Below are positions 28,661 through 38,007 of a stretch of 64,000 bases of DNA, one piece after another. The notes beneath the pieces are model-generated. The model searched no databases. It had not been told where the DNA came from and worked only from the letters and a program-made list of their open reading frames with translations. The DNA is from an uncultured Gemmatimonadales bacterium. GTDB lineage: Bacteria; Gemmatimonadota; Gemmatimonadetes; Gemmatimonadales; GWC2-71-9. Where the stretch lies: contig CAVYSW010000011.1 of NCBI GenBank assembly GCA_963771275.1, positions 64,001 through 128,000 on the forward strand. The letters run 5' to 3'. Position numbers and translations under genes: made by a program. Each line of letters begins with the position of its first letter. The stretch's first letter is position 1.

Positions 28661-29110
28661 CACGACCTCGCGTGAGTGTGGAGTGTGGACCGCGAACGGC
28701 AGACCTGCACGAGCCGTTTACGCACGCGCGCGCAGCGGCGTTGAGCCGCGGCGACCCAATCTGCCCTGCCGGGCACCCGGTCGCCACCCGGGATCGCGGG
28801 CCCCAGCCGCCCGCCCCCCTCACGATGACGCCGGATCCCACGACTTTCTGGTCGCCAACCTACCTGAGTCATCCCGTCGCAGCTGCCACGTTTCGCTCCA
28901 GGTGGCTCGAATCAGGCCACTTGCCGTGCTGACCAGTGCATCGCTAATGCGAACTACCACAAGCACTTACGACATCACCCCAAGGGGAATGGATCGTGCG
29001 GAGTTCGGTGCGGCGCCCGCTGGGAACGAGACGAAGCCGACTCGGCGCGCCGGCGGATTGGGCTCCGGCTCACAGAACGGATCCGTGAATTCCGTACCTT
29101 GGCGTCCCCT

Positions 29111-30100
29111 ATGCAACTGCCTCATGCCGCCACCGCGAGCGCGCTGCCGCGGCCGCCACGGCCCGCGCTTCGCGCCGTGAGCACGTCGGGCCGCGCAGCG
29201 TCGGTCCCGGCCACCACCGCCTCGGCGACCCCTTCGCAGATCGCCCGTCGCGCGGTCACCGTCGGCGCGGTGCTGGTCTGGCTGGCCGTGGCCGGCACGC
29301 TGCTCGTCTGGGGCTTCCCGTACTACATCACGCCGCTCCAGGCCCGCGCCTACTCGACCTACCACGAGCTGCTCAAGCCCTCCGGCCTGGTGGGCCAGGG
29401 GTACGGCGTGATCGGCACGCTGATGATGGTGGTCGGCGTGACCGGCTACTCGTTGCGCCGGCGCGTCCGGTGGCTCAACCGGGCCGGCAAGCTGAAGACC
29501 TGGCTCAGCGTGCACATCTTCCTCTGCACCCTCGGCCCGTTCCTCATCGTGCTCCATACGACGCTCAAGTTCGGCGGCATCGTGTCGATCGCGTTCTGGA
29601 GCATGATCGCCGTCGTGACGAGCGGCGTGTTCGGCCGGTACGTGTACGTCCGGATCCCCAAGACGCTGAACGGCCAGTTTCTCTCGCTCCAGAGCATCGA
29701 GGAGCAGCGCGGCACCATGCTCCGCACCATCCAGGAGCGGTCCGGGCTTTCCACGGCGGAGATCGACGGGATCCTCAGGGTCGCCAAGCGGCCTGCGCCC
29801 CGCGGCTTCGCCGGCGCGCTGTTCCAGTCCCTCTGGTACGACCTGACGGCGGGCGCGCACGGCCGGAAGATCCACCGGGCACTCGCGGCCAAGGGCGTCC
29901 CACCCAAGGCGCGGGCCGTGGCGGCGACGCTGTTCCTCGACGAGGCCAACCTCGAGCATCAGGTCGCGCTGCTGACGCCGTTCCAGCGCCTGTTCAAGTA
30001 CTGGCACCTGTTCCACATGCCACTCGCCCTCGTGATGCTCGTGATCGTGCTGATCCACGTGTCCGTCGCCGTCCTGCTCGGCTACACGTGGCTGTTCTGA
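29111..30100 (+). CDS. Inner-membrane protein with membrane His residues (putative cytochrome b-like)
   Basis: About 5-6 hydrophobic segments; WLSVHIF, IVLHTT, YWHLFHMP, LIHV. First gene of the cytochrome operon. Confidence 0.7.
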   Translation: MQLPHAATASALPRPPRPALRAVSTSGRAASVPATTASATPSQIARRAVTVGAVLVWLAVAGTLLVWGFPYYITPLQARAYSTYHELLKPSGLVGQGYGVIGTLMMVVGVTGYSLRRRVRWLNRAGKLKTWLSVHIFLCTLGPFLIVLHTTLKFGGIVSIAFWSMIAVVTSGVFGRYVYVRIPKTLNGQFLSLQSIEEQRGTMLRTIQERSGLSTAEIDGILRVAKRPAPRGFAGALFQSLWYDLTAGAHGRKIHRALAAKGVPPKARAVAATLFLDEANLEHQVALLTPFQRLFKYWHLFHMPLALVMLVIVLIHVSVAVLLGYTWLF

Positions 30101-30108
30101 CCGGCTCG

Positions 30109-31824
30109 GTGCATCGCCCTCCGGCGACCCGACTCGCCCTCCTCATGCTGCTCGCCTTCGCGCCCACGGCACGCGCCCAGCTGCTCTCCCCCGGGAAGCT
30201 CATCGCCTCGCACGGCGACCTCGACGGCGTGCGCCACTGCACGAAGTGCCACCAGCTGGGGGAGCGCGGCGTCGCCGACGCGAAGTGCCTCGACTGCCAT
30301 AAGCCGATCGCGCAGCGCATCGCCCAGAAGCAGGGCTTTCACGCCACGATCGGCAGCCGCACCTGCGGCGAGTGCCACAAGGACCACTTCGGCACCGACT
30401 TCGACGCGGTCCATTTCGACACGGCGGGCTTCGACCACCGCGCCAAGACCGGGTTCGACCTGGCTGGGGGGCACGCGAGCACCGCCTGCCGGGACTGCCA
30501 CCGGCCGGAGTACGTGGTGGAGACCGCGGTGCGGCAGGAGGCCGGCGAGCATGGTCGCCTGGCAACGACATATCTCGGACTCGCCACGACGTGCGTCGGC
30601 TGTCACCGGAACGACGATCCCCACGCCGGCCAGTTCCCCAATCAGGGCTGCGAGGACTGCCATGCCGAGGTGGACTGGAAGAAGCCGGACCGGTTCGACC
30701 ATGCCAAGACGCGCTACCCGCTGCACGGCAAGCACGTGGACGTGGCCTGCCGCGACTGCCACACCCCGATCCCAGGCCAGAAAGGGGCGCTCAAGCTCAC
30801 GGGCCTCGCGTTCGGCACCTGTGCGGCCTGTCACCAGAAGGACGATCCGCACGCAGGCCAGTTCGCCGCACGGCGGTGCGACGAGTGCCACGCCGAGACG
30901 GGCTGGAAGAGCCTCGGTCGCTTCGACCACTCGGCCACCAAGTACCCGCTCACGGGGCGTCACCTGGATGTCGAGTGCCAGAAGTGCCACACCCCACTGC
31001 CGGGACGCAGAGGAGCCATGCGGCTCACCGGCCTCGAGTTCGCGACCTGCCTGGCCTGCCACAAGAACGACGACCCGCACGGGGGGCGTCTCGGCACCGG
31101 GTGCAACGACTGCCACACGACCGCCGGCTGGCGCGCCACGGGCGGGGCCAGCTTCGAGCGCAAGTTCGATCACGCCCGCACGCGGTTCGCGCTGCACGGC
31201 AAGCACGCCACGGTCGAGTGCGCCGCGTGCCACGATCCGGCACGGCCGCGCGCCAACGACATTGCGCTGGCGTTCGTTGCGGCGACCCGCACACGCGCCT
31301 ACCCGGTACCGGTGGCGGACCAGTGCACCTCGTGCCACACGGACTACCACGCCGGCGCGTTCGCCAAGAGCCCCGGCGGCCTCGCATGCACGAACTGCCA
31401 CGGCGAGGACGCCTGGCTCCCCACGGACTACGACATCGCGCGCCACAACCGCGACGCCCGTTACGAGCTGACGGGCGCGCACCGCGCCGCGCCCTGCGTC
31501 GCCTGCCACAAGAGCGCGGCCCTCGGGCAGCAGGCGCTCGTGTTCCGCATCGCCCAGCAGGACTGCCTCGCGTGCCACCGGTCCAACGACCCCCACGGCG
31601 ACCAGTTCACGGGCCGGACGTGCGACTCGTGCCACGACACCCGCGCGTTCCGCATCGCCGCGTTCGACCACGCCAAGACGCGGTACCCGCTGGACGGGGC
31701 GCACCGCAACGTCGCGTGCGCCTCGTGCCACCCGTCGGTTCCGGGGCCGGATGGCAAACCCATGCGACGCTATCGGCCCCTCGGCATGACCTGCCGGGAC
31801 TGCCACGAGGGAGATCGCTCATGA
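30109..31824 (+). CDS. Multiheme cytochrome c, 20 CxxCH motifs
   Basis: Signal peptide ending ARAQ, SPGKLIASH start, 20 CxxCH counted by hand. GTG start at 30109 (alternative ATG 30145). Confidence 0.93.
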   Translation: MHRPPATRLALLMLLAFAPTARAQLLSPGKLIASHGDLDGVRHCTKCHQLGERGVADAKCLDCHKPIAQRIAQKQGFHATIGSRTCGECHKDHFGTDFDAVHFDTAGFDHRAKTGFDLAGGHASTACRDCHRPEYVVETAVRQEAGEHGRLATTYLGLATTCVGCHRNDDPHAGQFPNQGCEDCHAEVDWKKPDRFDHAKTRYPLHGKHVDVACRDCHTPIPGQKGALKLTGLAFGTCAACHQKDDPHAGQFAARRCDECHAETGWKSLGRFDHSATKYPLTGRHLDVECQKCHTPLPGRRGAMRLTGLEFATCLACHKNDDPHGGRLGTGCNDCHTTAGWRATGGASFERKFDHARTRFALHGKHATVECAACHDPARPRANDIALAFVAATRTRAYPVPVADQCTSCHTDYHAGAFAKSPGGLACTNCHGEDAWLPTDYDIARHNRDARYELTGAHRAAPCVACHKSAALGQQALVFRIAQQDCLACHRSNDPHGDQFTGRTCDSCHDTRAFRIAAFDHAKTRYPLDGAHRNVACASCHPSVPGPDGKPMRRYRPLGMTCRDCHEGDRS

Positions 31825-33176
31825 TCCGCCTCCGCAGCGCTTTCCTGCTGGCCCTCGCGGCCGGCCTCGCGCATCCCGCGGCGGCGCAGCAGAACCCGCA
31901 CGGCACGCTCCCCGCCGGGCTGGACTGCAGCGACTGCCACACGTCGAAGAGCTGGAAGCCCGACCCCGCGACCGTGAAGTTCGACCACAACCGGCAGACC
32001 GGCTTCAAGCTGGTCGGCCGGCACCGCGACGCGGCGTGCCGCTCGTGCCATCTGTCGGTGAAGTTCGACGAGGCGACGCTCAAGGGCGCGGATTGCGCCA
32101 CGTGCCACGCCGACGTGCACCGCGGGGCGTACACCGAGCGGTGCGAGAGCTGCCACACGACCGTGAGCTTCGCGGACGTGCCCGGGCTGCAGGTCCACGC
32201 GCGGACCACGTTCCCGCTGACCGGGGCACACGCGCAGATCGCCTGCCGCGCCTGTCACGTGGACGACCGGGACGGCGCGTTCACGCCGCTCGATCCCCAG
32301 TGCATCTCGTGCCACCGCGCGGACTACGAGCGCGCCAGCCCGGTGAACCACGTGGCGGCGAACTACCCGACCGACTGCACGCGCTGCCACGTCACGGTCG
32401 CCTGGCCGGCGCACGTGAACTTCGATCACGTCTCCCTGTCGAACGGGTTCCGGCTGATCGGCGCGCACGCGCGCATCCGCTGCACCAGCTGCCACGCCAC
32501 GGCGGACATGACCCCGCTGTTCCCGGGAGCCAAGGACCAGGACTGCATGACCTGTCACCAGCCGGACTACAGCCGGGCACATCCGGGGAACAGCTTCCCG
32601 CAGACCTGCCTCAGCTGCCATACGATGGAAACGTGGGCCGGTGCGACCTTCGACCACCCCCTCGTGGCGAACGGGTTCCGGCTGCAGGGAGCACATGCGT
32701 CGCTGGCCTGTCAGGCCTGCCACGCGGCGGACATGACGCCGCTGTTCCACCCGTCGAACGACCAGGATTGCATCACCTGCCACCAGGCGAACTACCAGGC
32801 GGCCCCGAACCACGTGACGGGGAACTACCCGCAGGCCTGTCTGCAATGCCACACCCAGATCACCTGGCAAGGGGCGACGTTCGCCCACACGCCGTCCATG
32901 ACCGACTGCGTTTCGTGCCATCACGCCGATTTCGTCGCGGCGACCTCCCCGGTGAACCACACGACGCAGGGCATCATCGAGGCCGCCTGCAGCCAGTGCC
33001 ACGACAACAACGCCGGCACCTGGGCGCAAACCTCATATGTCCATGGCGACTGCTACAGCAGCACGACCAACCGGGCGCATCAGAACGCGCGTTGCTCGCA
33101 GTGTCACACCAGCGGGTATCCCGCGGCCACATGCACGGCCTGCCACCAGAACAGGTCTTCATGCCGAGACTCATGA
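31821..33176 (+). CDS. Multiheme cytochrome c, 17 CxxCH motifs
   Basis: Signal peptide ending AAAQ, 17 CxxCH counted by hand; ATGA overlap with the previous gene. Confidence 0.93.
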   Translation: MIRLRSAFLLALAAGLAHPAAAQQNPHGTLPAGLDCSDCHTSKSWKPDPATVKFDHNRQTGFKLVGRHRDAACRSCHLSVKFDEATLKGADCATCHADVHRGAYTERCESCHTTVSFADVPGLQVHARTTFPLTGAHAQIACRACHVDDRDGAFTPLDPQCISCHRADYERASPVNHVAANYPTDCTRCHVTVAWPAHVNFDHVSLSNGFRLIGAHARIRCTSCHATADMTPLFPGAKDQDCMTCHQPDYSRAHPGNSFPQTCLSCHTMETWAGATFDHPLVANGFRLQGAHASLACQACHAADMTPLFHPSNDQDCITCHQANYQAAPNHVTGNYPQACLQCHTQITWQGATFAHTPSMTDCVSCHHADFVAATSPVNHTTQGIIEAACSQCHDNNAGTWAQTSYVHGDCYSSTTNRAHQNARCSQCHTSGYPAATCTACHQNRSSCRDS

Positions 33177-33261
33177 AGTGGTTCACTCGGGCGTGCCGTA
33201 CGGCGCATACGTCGGCAATCGCCGTCAGCAGGGTCACCGCCTGGGAAGGGCGGACGGAGCG

Positions 33262-34842
33262 ATGACGGCCCGAATCTCCGGGGTGGTCGGCGCCACCCTG
33301 CTCGCGCTGGCGACGGTGGCCTCCCCGCGCGCCGCCGCGCAGCAGGGCCGCGTCGCCGTGGTGGTGGACTACATCGCCGGTGCCGACATCTACCTCGCGG
33401 CGGGGAGCGAGCAGGGTCTCGCCTCCAATGACACGCTCCTCGTCTACGAGGCCCCGGAGGGCGACCAGGTGGGGCGGTTTTTCGTGGTGAGCGCCACGGC
33501 GACCCGGGCCGTCGTCGAGTTCATCGGCACCGCATTCCCGGTCACGCGCGGCAAGACGCTCTACGTCCAGCGCACGTCGGCGCACGCGGCCGAGCCGGCC
33601 CCGCTCGTCACCGAAGGGCCGGCGCCCGCCCGGCGGCCGGACGGGCGGTCCGCCTCGCTGCACGGGCGGCTCGCGCTCGAGGCCGACGGCTTCCAGAGCA
33701 CGACGCTGTGGCAAAGCAACCAGCTCGAGTCGGAGACGCGCCAGTTCGCCACCCCGTCGCTCGGCCTCCGGGCGGTGGCGACGGACCTCCCAGGCGGGTT
33801 CAGCCTGAACACCAACCTCCGAGCCCAGTATCGCTACAGCAATCCGGCCGTGATCAACCCGGCGTGGGCCGTTCAGGTGTATCAAGCAAGCCTGGCCAAG
33901 TCGTTCACCGGCTTCCCGCTGTACGTCGAGCTCGGCCGGTTCAGCAATCAGTACACCAACTTCAGCGGCCAATGGGACGGCCTGATGATGCGGCTCGGCG
34001 GCCGGCGGGGGTTGGGTGGCGGCTTCGCCGCCGGGTTCGAGCCCGCGAGCGGCGACCAGGGGCTCTCCACCACGCTGCCCAAGTACTCGGGGTTCCTCAC
34101 GGTCGACGCCGGCGGCGGGCCGCTGCGCTACTCCACTTACCTCTCGGCAACCCAGGTGCGCCCGCGGAACGGCCTCCTGGTGCACAGCTACCTCGGGTGG
34201 TCGCAGTACCTGCGCGCGCGGCGGTTCCGGCTGAGCAGTGACGCGCAGGTCGACCGCGACCCCGAGACCAGCAAGTGGGTGGTGACGCGGTTCAACGCCA
34301 CCGCGTCCATCCCGCTGGCGCGCGGCCTGGAGATCCACAGCCGCCTGTCCCGGTTCCAGCCCTACGCGTTCTGGCAGACGACGAACCTGATTTCCTACCG
34401 GCGCGACCAGGGCAACGTGGGGCTGTTCTACTTCGGCTCCGGGGGGAGCATCGGCCTCGATGTCACCGCGAACCGGTTCGCCGCGAGCGACACGACCGCG
34501 CGCGAGACGAGTTACACGTACTCAGCGTCATTCAGTCTGCTGCGGACGCCCATCCTCGGACTCGACTGGAGCGCCTCGGGGAGCTACTGGACCCAGAGCG
34601 GGAGCAAGTCGCTCTACGCCACCGCGGGGCTCGCCCGGAGCTTCGGGCGGGTGCATTCGCGCGCGTCCTACCAGCTCTACCGCTCCCAGAGCGCCACGCT
34701 GACGTCGGTGAGCCACAGTGTGGACGCCGGCCTGTCGTTCCCGCTGGCGCGAAGCCTCTACGCGACGTTCCAGGGACGGATGCAGCGCGGCGGGGACCTC
34801 CATACCAGCGGACTGTATTTCGGTCTGTGGACGAGCTTCTGA
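33262..34842 (+). CDS. Outer-membrane beta-barrel (porin-like) protein
   Basis: Signal peptide; many amphipathic Tyr/Ser/Thr/Gly-rich strands; C-terminal LYFGLWTSF with terminal Phe (BAM-type signal). Confidence 0.78.
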   Translation: MTARISGVVGATLLALATVASPRAAAQQGRVAVVVDYIAGADIYLAAGSEQGLASNDTLLVYEAPEGDQVGRFFVVSATATRAVVEFIGTAFPVTRGKTLYVQRTSAHAAEPAPLVTEGPAPARRPDGRSASLHGRLALEADGFQSTTLWQSNQLESETRQFATPSLGLRAVATDLPGGFSLNTNLRAQYRYSNPAVINPAWAVQVYQASLAKSFTGFPLYVELGRFSNQYTNFSGQWDGLMMRLGGRRGLGGGFAAGFEPASGDQGLSTTLPKYSGFLTVDAGGGPLRYSTYLSATQVRPRNGLLVHSYLGWSQYLRARRFRLSSDAQVDRDPETSKWVVTRFNATASIPLARGLEIHSRLSRFQPYAFWQTTNLISYRRDQGNVGLFYFGSGGSIGLDVTANRFAASDTTARETSYTYSASFSLLRTPILGLDWSASGSYWTQSGSKSLYATAGLARSFGRVHSRASYQLYRSQSATLTSVSHSVDAGLSFPLARSLYATFQGRMQRGGDLHTSGLYFGLWTSF

Positions 34843-34843
34843 C

Positions 34844-36151
34844 ATGTCGGACACGCTGCTGATCGGGGCGGTCGGCGCCGTACTCGTGCTCCTCGTCATG
34901 GTGCCGTTCTACCGCCGGCAGCGGAACCTCGAGCGCACGACCGCCGAGGCGGAGCAGCTCGCCAAGCGCTACGGGCTGAACGAGCCCCTCTCGCTCCACC
35001 CGGTGGTGGACGTCGGCGGGTGCATCGGGACGGGCAACTGCGTATCGGTCTGCCCCGAGGGCGACGTCTTGGGGTTCCGCCACGGCCAGGCCTTCGTCGT
35101 GAGCCCCGCCCGCTGCATCGGGCACGGCCTGTGCGAGCGGGCCTGCCCCACCGAGGCGATCCAGCTGGTGTTCGGATCCGCCAAGCGGGGCGTGGAGATT
35201 CCGCGGGTCAAGCAGAACTTCGAGAGCAACGTCCCCGGCCTCTACATCATCGGGGAGCTCGGCGGCATGGGGCTGATCCGCAACGCGTTCGAGCAGGGTC
35301 GTCAGTGCATCGAGGGCATCGCGCGCGAGGCCAAGGGGTCGGGCGACGCGCTCGACGTCCTGATCGTGGGCTGCGGGCCGGCAGGCCTGTCCGCGTCGTT
35401 GCACTGCCTGCACCACAGCCTCCGCTTCGCGACGCTCGAAAAGGAGGACATCGGCGGGACGGTGCGCTACTACCCGCGGAAGAAGATCGTGATGACCAGC
35501 ACCGTGAAGGTGCCGGGCTACGGGAAGCTCGACTTCCGCGAGATCAGCAAGGAGGAGCTGATCGACATCTGGGAGGACATCGTCGAGCGCACCCAGCTCA
35601 AGGTGAACATCGGGGAGACGGTCACCGGCGTGGCGCGGGGATCGGACGGGTGCTTCACGGTCACCAGCGGCACCAGGACCTACAAGACGCGGCGGGTGGT
35701 GCTGGCGATCGGGCGGCGGGGCGTGCCCCGCAAGCTCGGAGTCCCGGGGGAGGAGCTTCCCAAGGTGATCTACTCGCTGCACGAGCCCGAGGCGTATCAG
35801 AAGGACCGCATCCTGGTGGTCGGCGGCGGCGACTCGGCCGTGGAGGCCGCGCTCGCGCTGTCCGACCAGCCGGGCAACGAGGTGAAGATGTCCTACCGCG
35901 GCGAGCAGTTCAGCCGCATCAAGCCGGGCAACCTCCAGCGGGTGGAAGAGGCCATCGCGCGGCGCCGCGTCGAGGTGTTGTGGCAGACGAACGTGGTCGA
36001 GATCACGCCCAAGACGGTGGTCTGCAAGAACGGCGGCGAGCCGCTGGCGCTCCCCAACGACGTCGTCGCGGTGTTCGCCGGCGGCGAGCTGCCGCTCAAG
36101 TTCCTCGAGAGCTGCGGCGTCCAGGTGGACCGGAAGTTCGGCGAGCCCTGA
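34844..36151 (+). CDS. Membrane-anchored Fe-S/FAD NAD(P)H oxidoreductase (thioredoxin reductase-like)
   Basis: N-terminal TM; CIGTGNCVSVCP and CIGHGLCERACP; IVGCGPAG; VVGGGDSAVEAA; SYRGEQFSR. Confidence 0.85.
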   Translation: MSDTLLIGAVGAVLVLLVMVPFYRRQRNLERTTAEAEQLAKRYGLNEPLSLHPVVDVGGCIGTGNCVSVCPEGDVLGFRHGQAFVVSPARCIGHGLCERACPTEAIQLVFGSAKRGVEIPRVKQNFESNVPGLYIIGELGGMGLIRNAFEQGRQCIEGIAREAKGSGDALDVLIVGCGPAGLSASLHCLHHSLRFATLEKEDIGGTVRYYPRKKIVMTSTVKVPGYGKLDFREISKEELIDIWEDIVERTQLKVNIGETVTGVARGSDGCFTVTSGTRTYKTRRVVLAIGRRGVPRKLGVPGEELPKVIYSLHEPEAYQKDRILVVGGGDSAVEAALALSDQPGNEVKMSYRGEQFSRIKPGNLQRVEEAIARRRVEVLWQTNVVEITPKTVVCKNGGEPLALPNDVVAVFAGGELPLKFLESCGVQVDRKFGEP

Positions 36152-36158
36152 CCACGCG

Positions 36159-37973
36159 CTACCGGCGCGCCACCAGCAGGATCCCCTCGTAGCTCGAGAT
36201 CGTCAGGCTGTCGGCCCCGCCCTGCCCGGCGATCATGCGCAGGTAGAACGCCGCCCGGCCGGCCGGCGTCTCCCGCTCGAGATGGAGCAGATCCGCAGGC
36301 AGCCCGTCGGGACCGGACCCGCCGTGCCCCGTCGCCCGCAGCGTCTGGATCAAGCTGTCGAGCGGCAGGGCCACCAGCGGTCTCGCGTCGTCGTAGACCA
36401 CGAGCGCCAGCCCGCCGCGCGCCGGGGCTACCCGGAAGCCGGCGCCCGGGGTGAGCGAGTCGAAGCGCCCGCGCGTGACGGAGAACACCGCGTCGTAGCC
36501 GGCGACCGGGATCGCGACGTTCTTGAGGTCCGACCCATAGCGGAACTCCATGTTGGGCCCCGGCATCGCCCAGCGGCTCACGTAGCCCACGTTGAGCGCC
36601 CGGGCGATGAGCTCCGCCCGCGCCTCGACGTCTCCCGATGCGGCCGTCCCGTGCGCGACGGTGTCGATCCGCCCGAGCGAGTCGCCAAACCACGGCGCGA
36701 TCGCCCCGGTGCCATGGGTTTCCACGAGGTACCGCAGGACGGCAGAGATCTCGCGCCGGTCGGCTTCGGACGGCTGGGCCTCCGCCCGGTGAGCCGTTCC
36801 CGCCACCATCACGCCGTTCCGCTCGAGCAGGGCCGCCAGCCGCCCCACCTGGCTCGACTCGGACACCCGGTAGGCACTCCACGGGCCGAACAGCGTGAGC
36901 ACGGCGACGGCACAGAGCGACGCGGGTATCACCTTGATGTTCCGGGACCGCGTGAGCAGCGCGTGCACCGCGATGCCGGCGAGCCAGAGCGACAGCACGC
37001 TGAGGAAGTAGCGTGGCTCCGTGATGCCGTACTGCTGGACGCGCTGCCAGATGGCAACCCACAGCATCGCGATCGCCGGCAGCAGGGCCAGGTAGAATCC
37101 GCGCGCGTAAACCGCCACCCAGCGATTCGCGGCCTCGCCCGCCACGGGATGGACCAGCAGCAGCGAGAAGATCCCCACCGCCGCGACGCTCGAGACCAGC
37201 CACCCGATCCAGCCGCTCGGCCAGTTCCAGGTCACCACGACCTTGACCAGGTAGACGGTGAGAATCACGAGGTAGACGGCGACGATCGGGAGCAGGGCGT
37301 ACTGCGTGAACGCCTTGATGCCGGCGGGGTAGCCGTGCGACGCGTCGAGCGCCCCAAAGTCGCGCGGCACGCCACCCAGGAAGAACCACGTGTTGAACAC
37401 GAAGCCGAGCACGAACCACAGGCGCAGGTAGCCGGTCCCCGGCACGCCCACGCCGAACAGCTTGTCGATCGCCGCGAGCGCGATCGCCGCACCGGCGTAC
37501 AGCACGACCGTGTACAGCGCGCTCACGATCGCGCGCTCCAGTAGCGTGCGGTTGTATTGCCAGAATCCGTTGCGCTCGGCCCGGCCCACGTACGGCAGGA
37601 ACGCGACCAGCAGGTGGCAGGCCGCGCTCGCCTGCACGTAGCGCCCGAACCGGACGGGCTCCGACCAGTGACCCCAGGCCACCGCGAACCACGCCAGCAG
37701 CCCGATCGCCGCCAGGCTCACGACCCCGTTCGGCACGCGCCCCCACGCGCGGCGCTCGCCGGCGAGCGCCAGGGCCACGAACAGCGGGATGCCGAGCGTC
37801 GCCACGGCCAGCAGCCGGACGTTCTGCTCGGGGTCGCCGAGCTCGTCGGGGATCCGGATCGCGAAGACCGCCGACACGGTCGCGGCCAGCAGCACGAGCG
37901 GAAAGCGCAGCAGCGCCTCGCGCGCCCCCCGCACGATCGGCTCCAGCGTCGGCAGCACACCACGCAGTGTCAT
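36159..37973 (-). CDS. Polytopic membrane protein, DUF4153-like
   Basis: FWQYN, YALLPIV.VY..IL..Y, RVQQYGITEPRY, GPWSA..VSESSQ..RL. Confidence 0.7.
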   Translation of the reverse strand: MTLRGVLPTLEPIVRGAREALLRFPLVLLAATVSAVFAIRIPDELGDPEQNVRLLAVATLGIPLFVALALAGERRAWGRVPNGVVSLAAIGLLAWFAVAWGHWSEPVRFGRYVQASAACHLLVAFLPYVGRAERNGFWQYNRTLLERAIVSALYTVVLYAGAAIALAAIDKLFGVGVPGTGYLRLWFVLGFVFNTWFFLGGVPRDFGALDASHGYPAGIKAFTQYALLPIVAVYLVILTVYLVKVVVTWNWPSGWIGWLVSSVAAVGIFSLLLVHPVAGEAANRWVAVYARGFYLALLPAIAMLWVAIWQRVQQYGITEPRYFLSVLSLWLAGIAVHALLTRSRNIKVIPASLCAVAVLTLFGPWSAYRVSESSQVGRLAALLERNGVMVAGTAHRAEAQPSEADRREISAVLRYLVETHGTGAIAPWFGDSLGRIDTVAHGTAASGDVEARAELIARALNVGYVSRWAMPGPNMEFRYGSDLKNVAIPVAGYDAVFSVTRGRFDSLTPGAGFRVAPARGGLALVVYDDARPLVALPLDSLIQTLRATGHGGSGPDGLPADLLHLERETPAGRAAFYLRMIAGQGGADSLTISSYEGILLVARR

Positions 37974-38007
37974 CGTTCCCCTCCGCTCCTCCCGCGTCGC
38001 GCCGTCA

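Noticed and set aside
28664..29110. Riboswitch or ncRNA in the long divergent intergenic region before the cytochrome operon
   Set aside because: Only short hairpins were seen, with no recognisable cobalamin, c-di-GMP or other consensus. An Infernal/Rfam scan would be needed.
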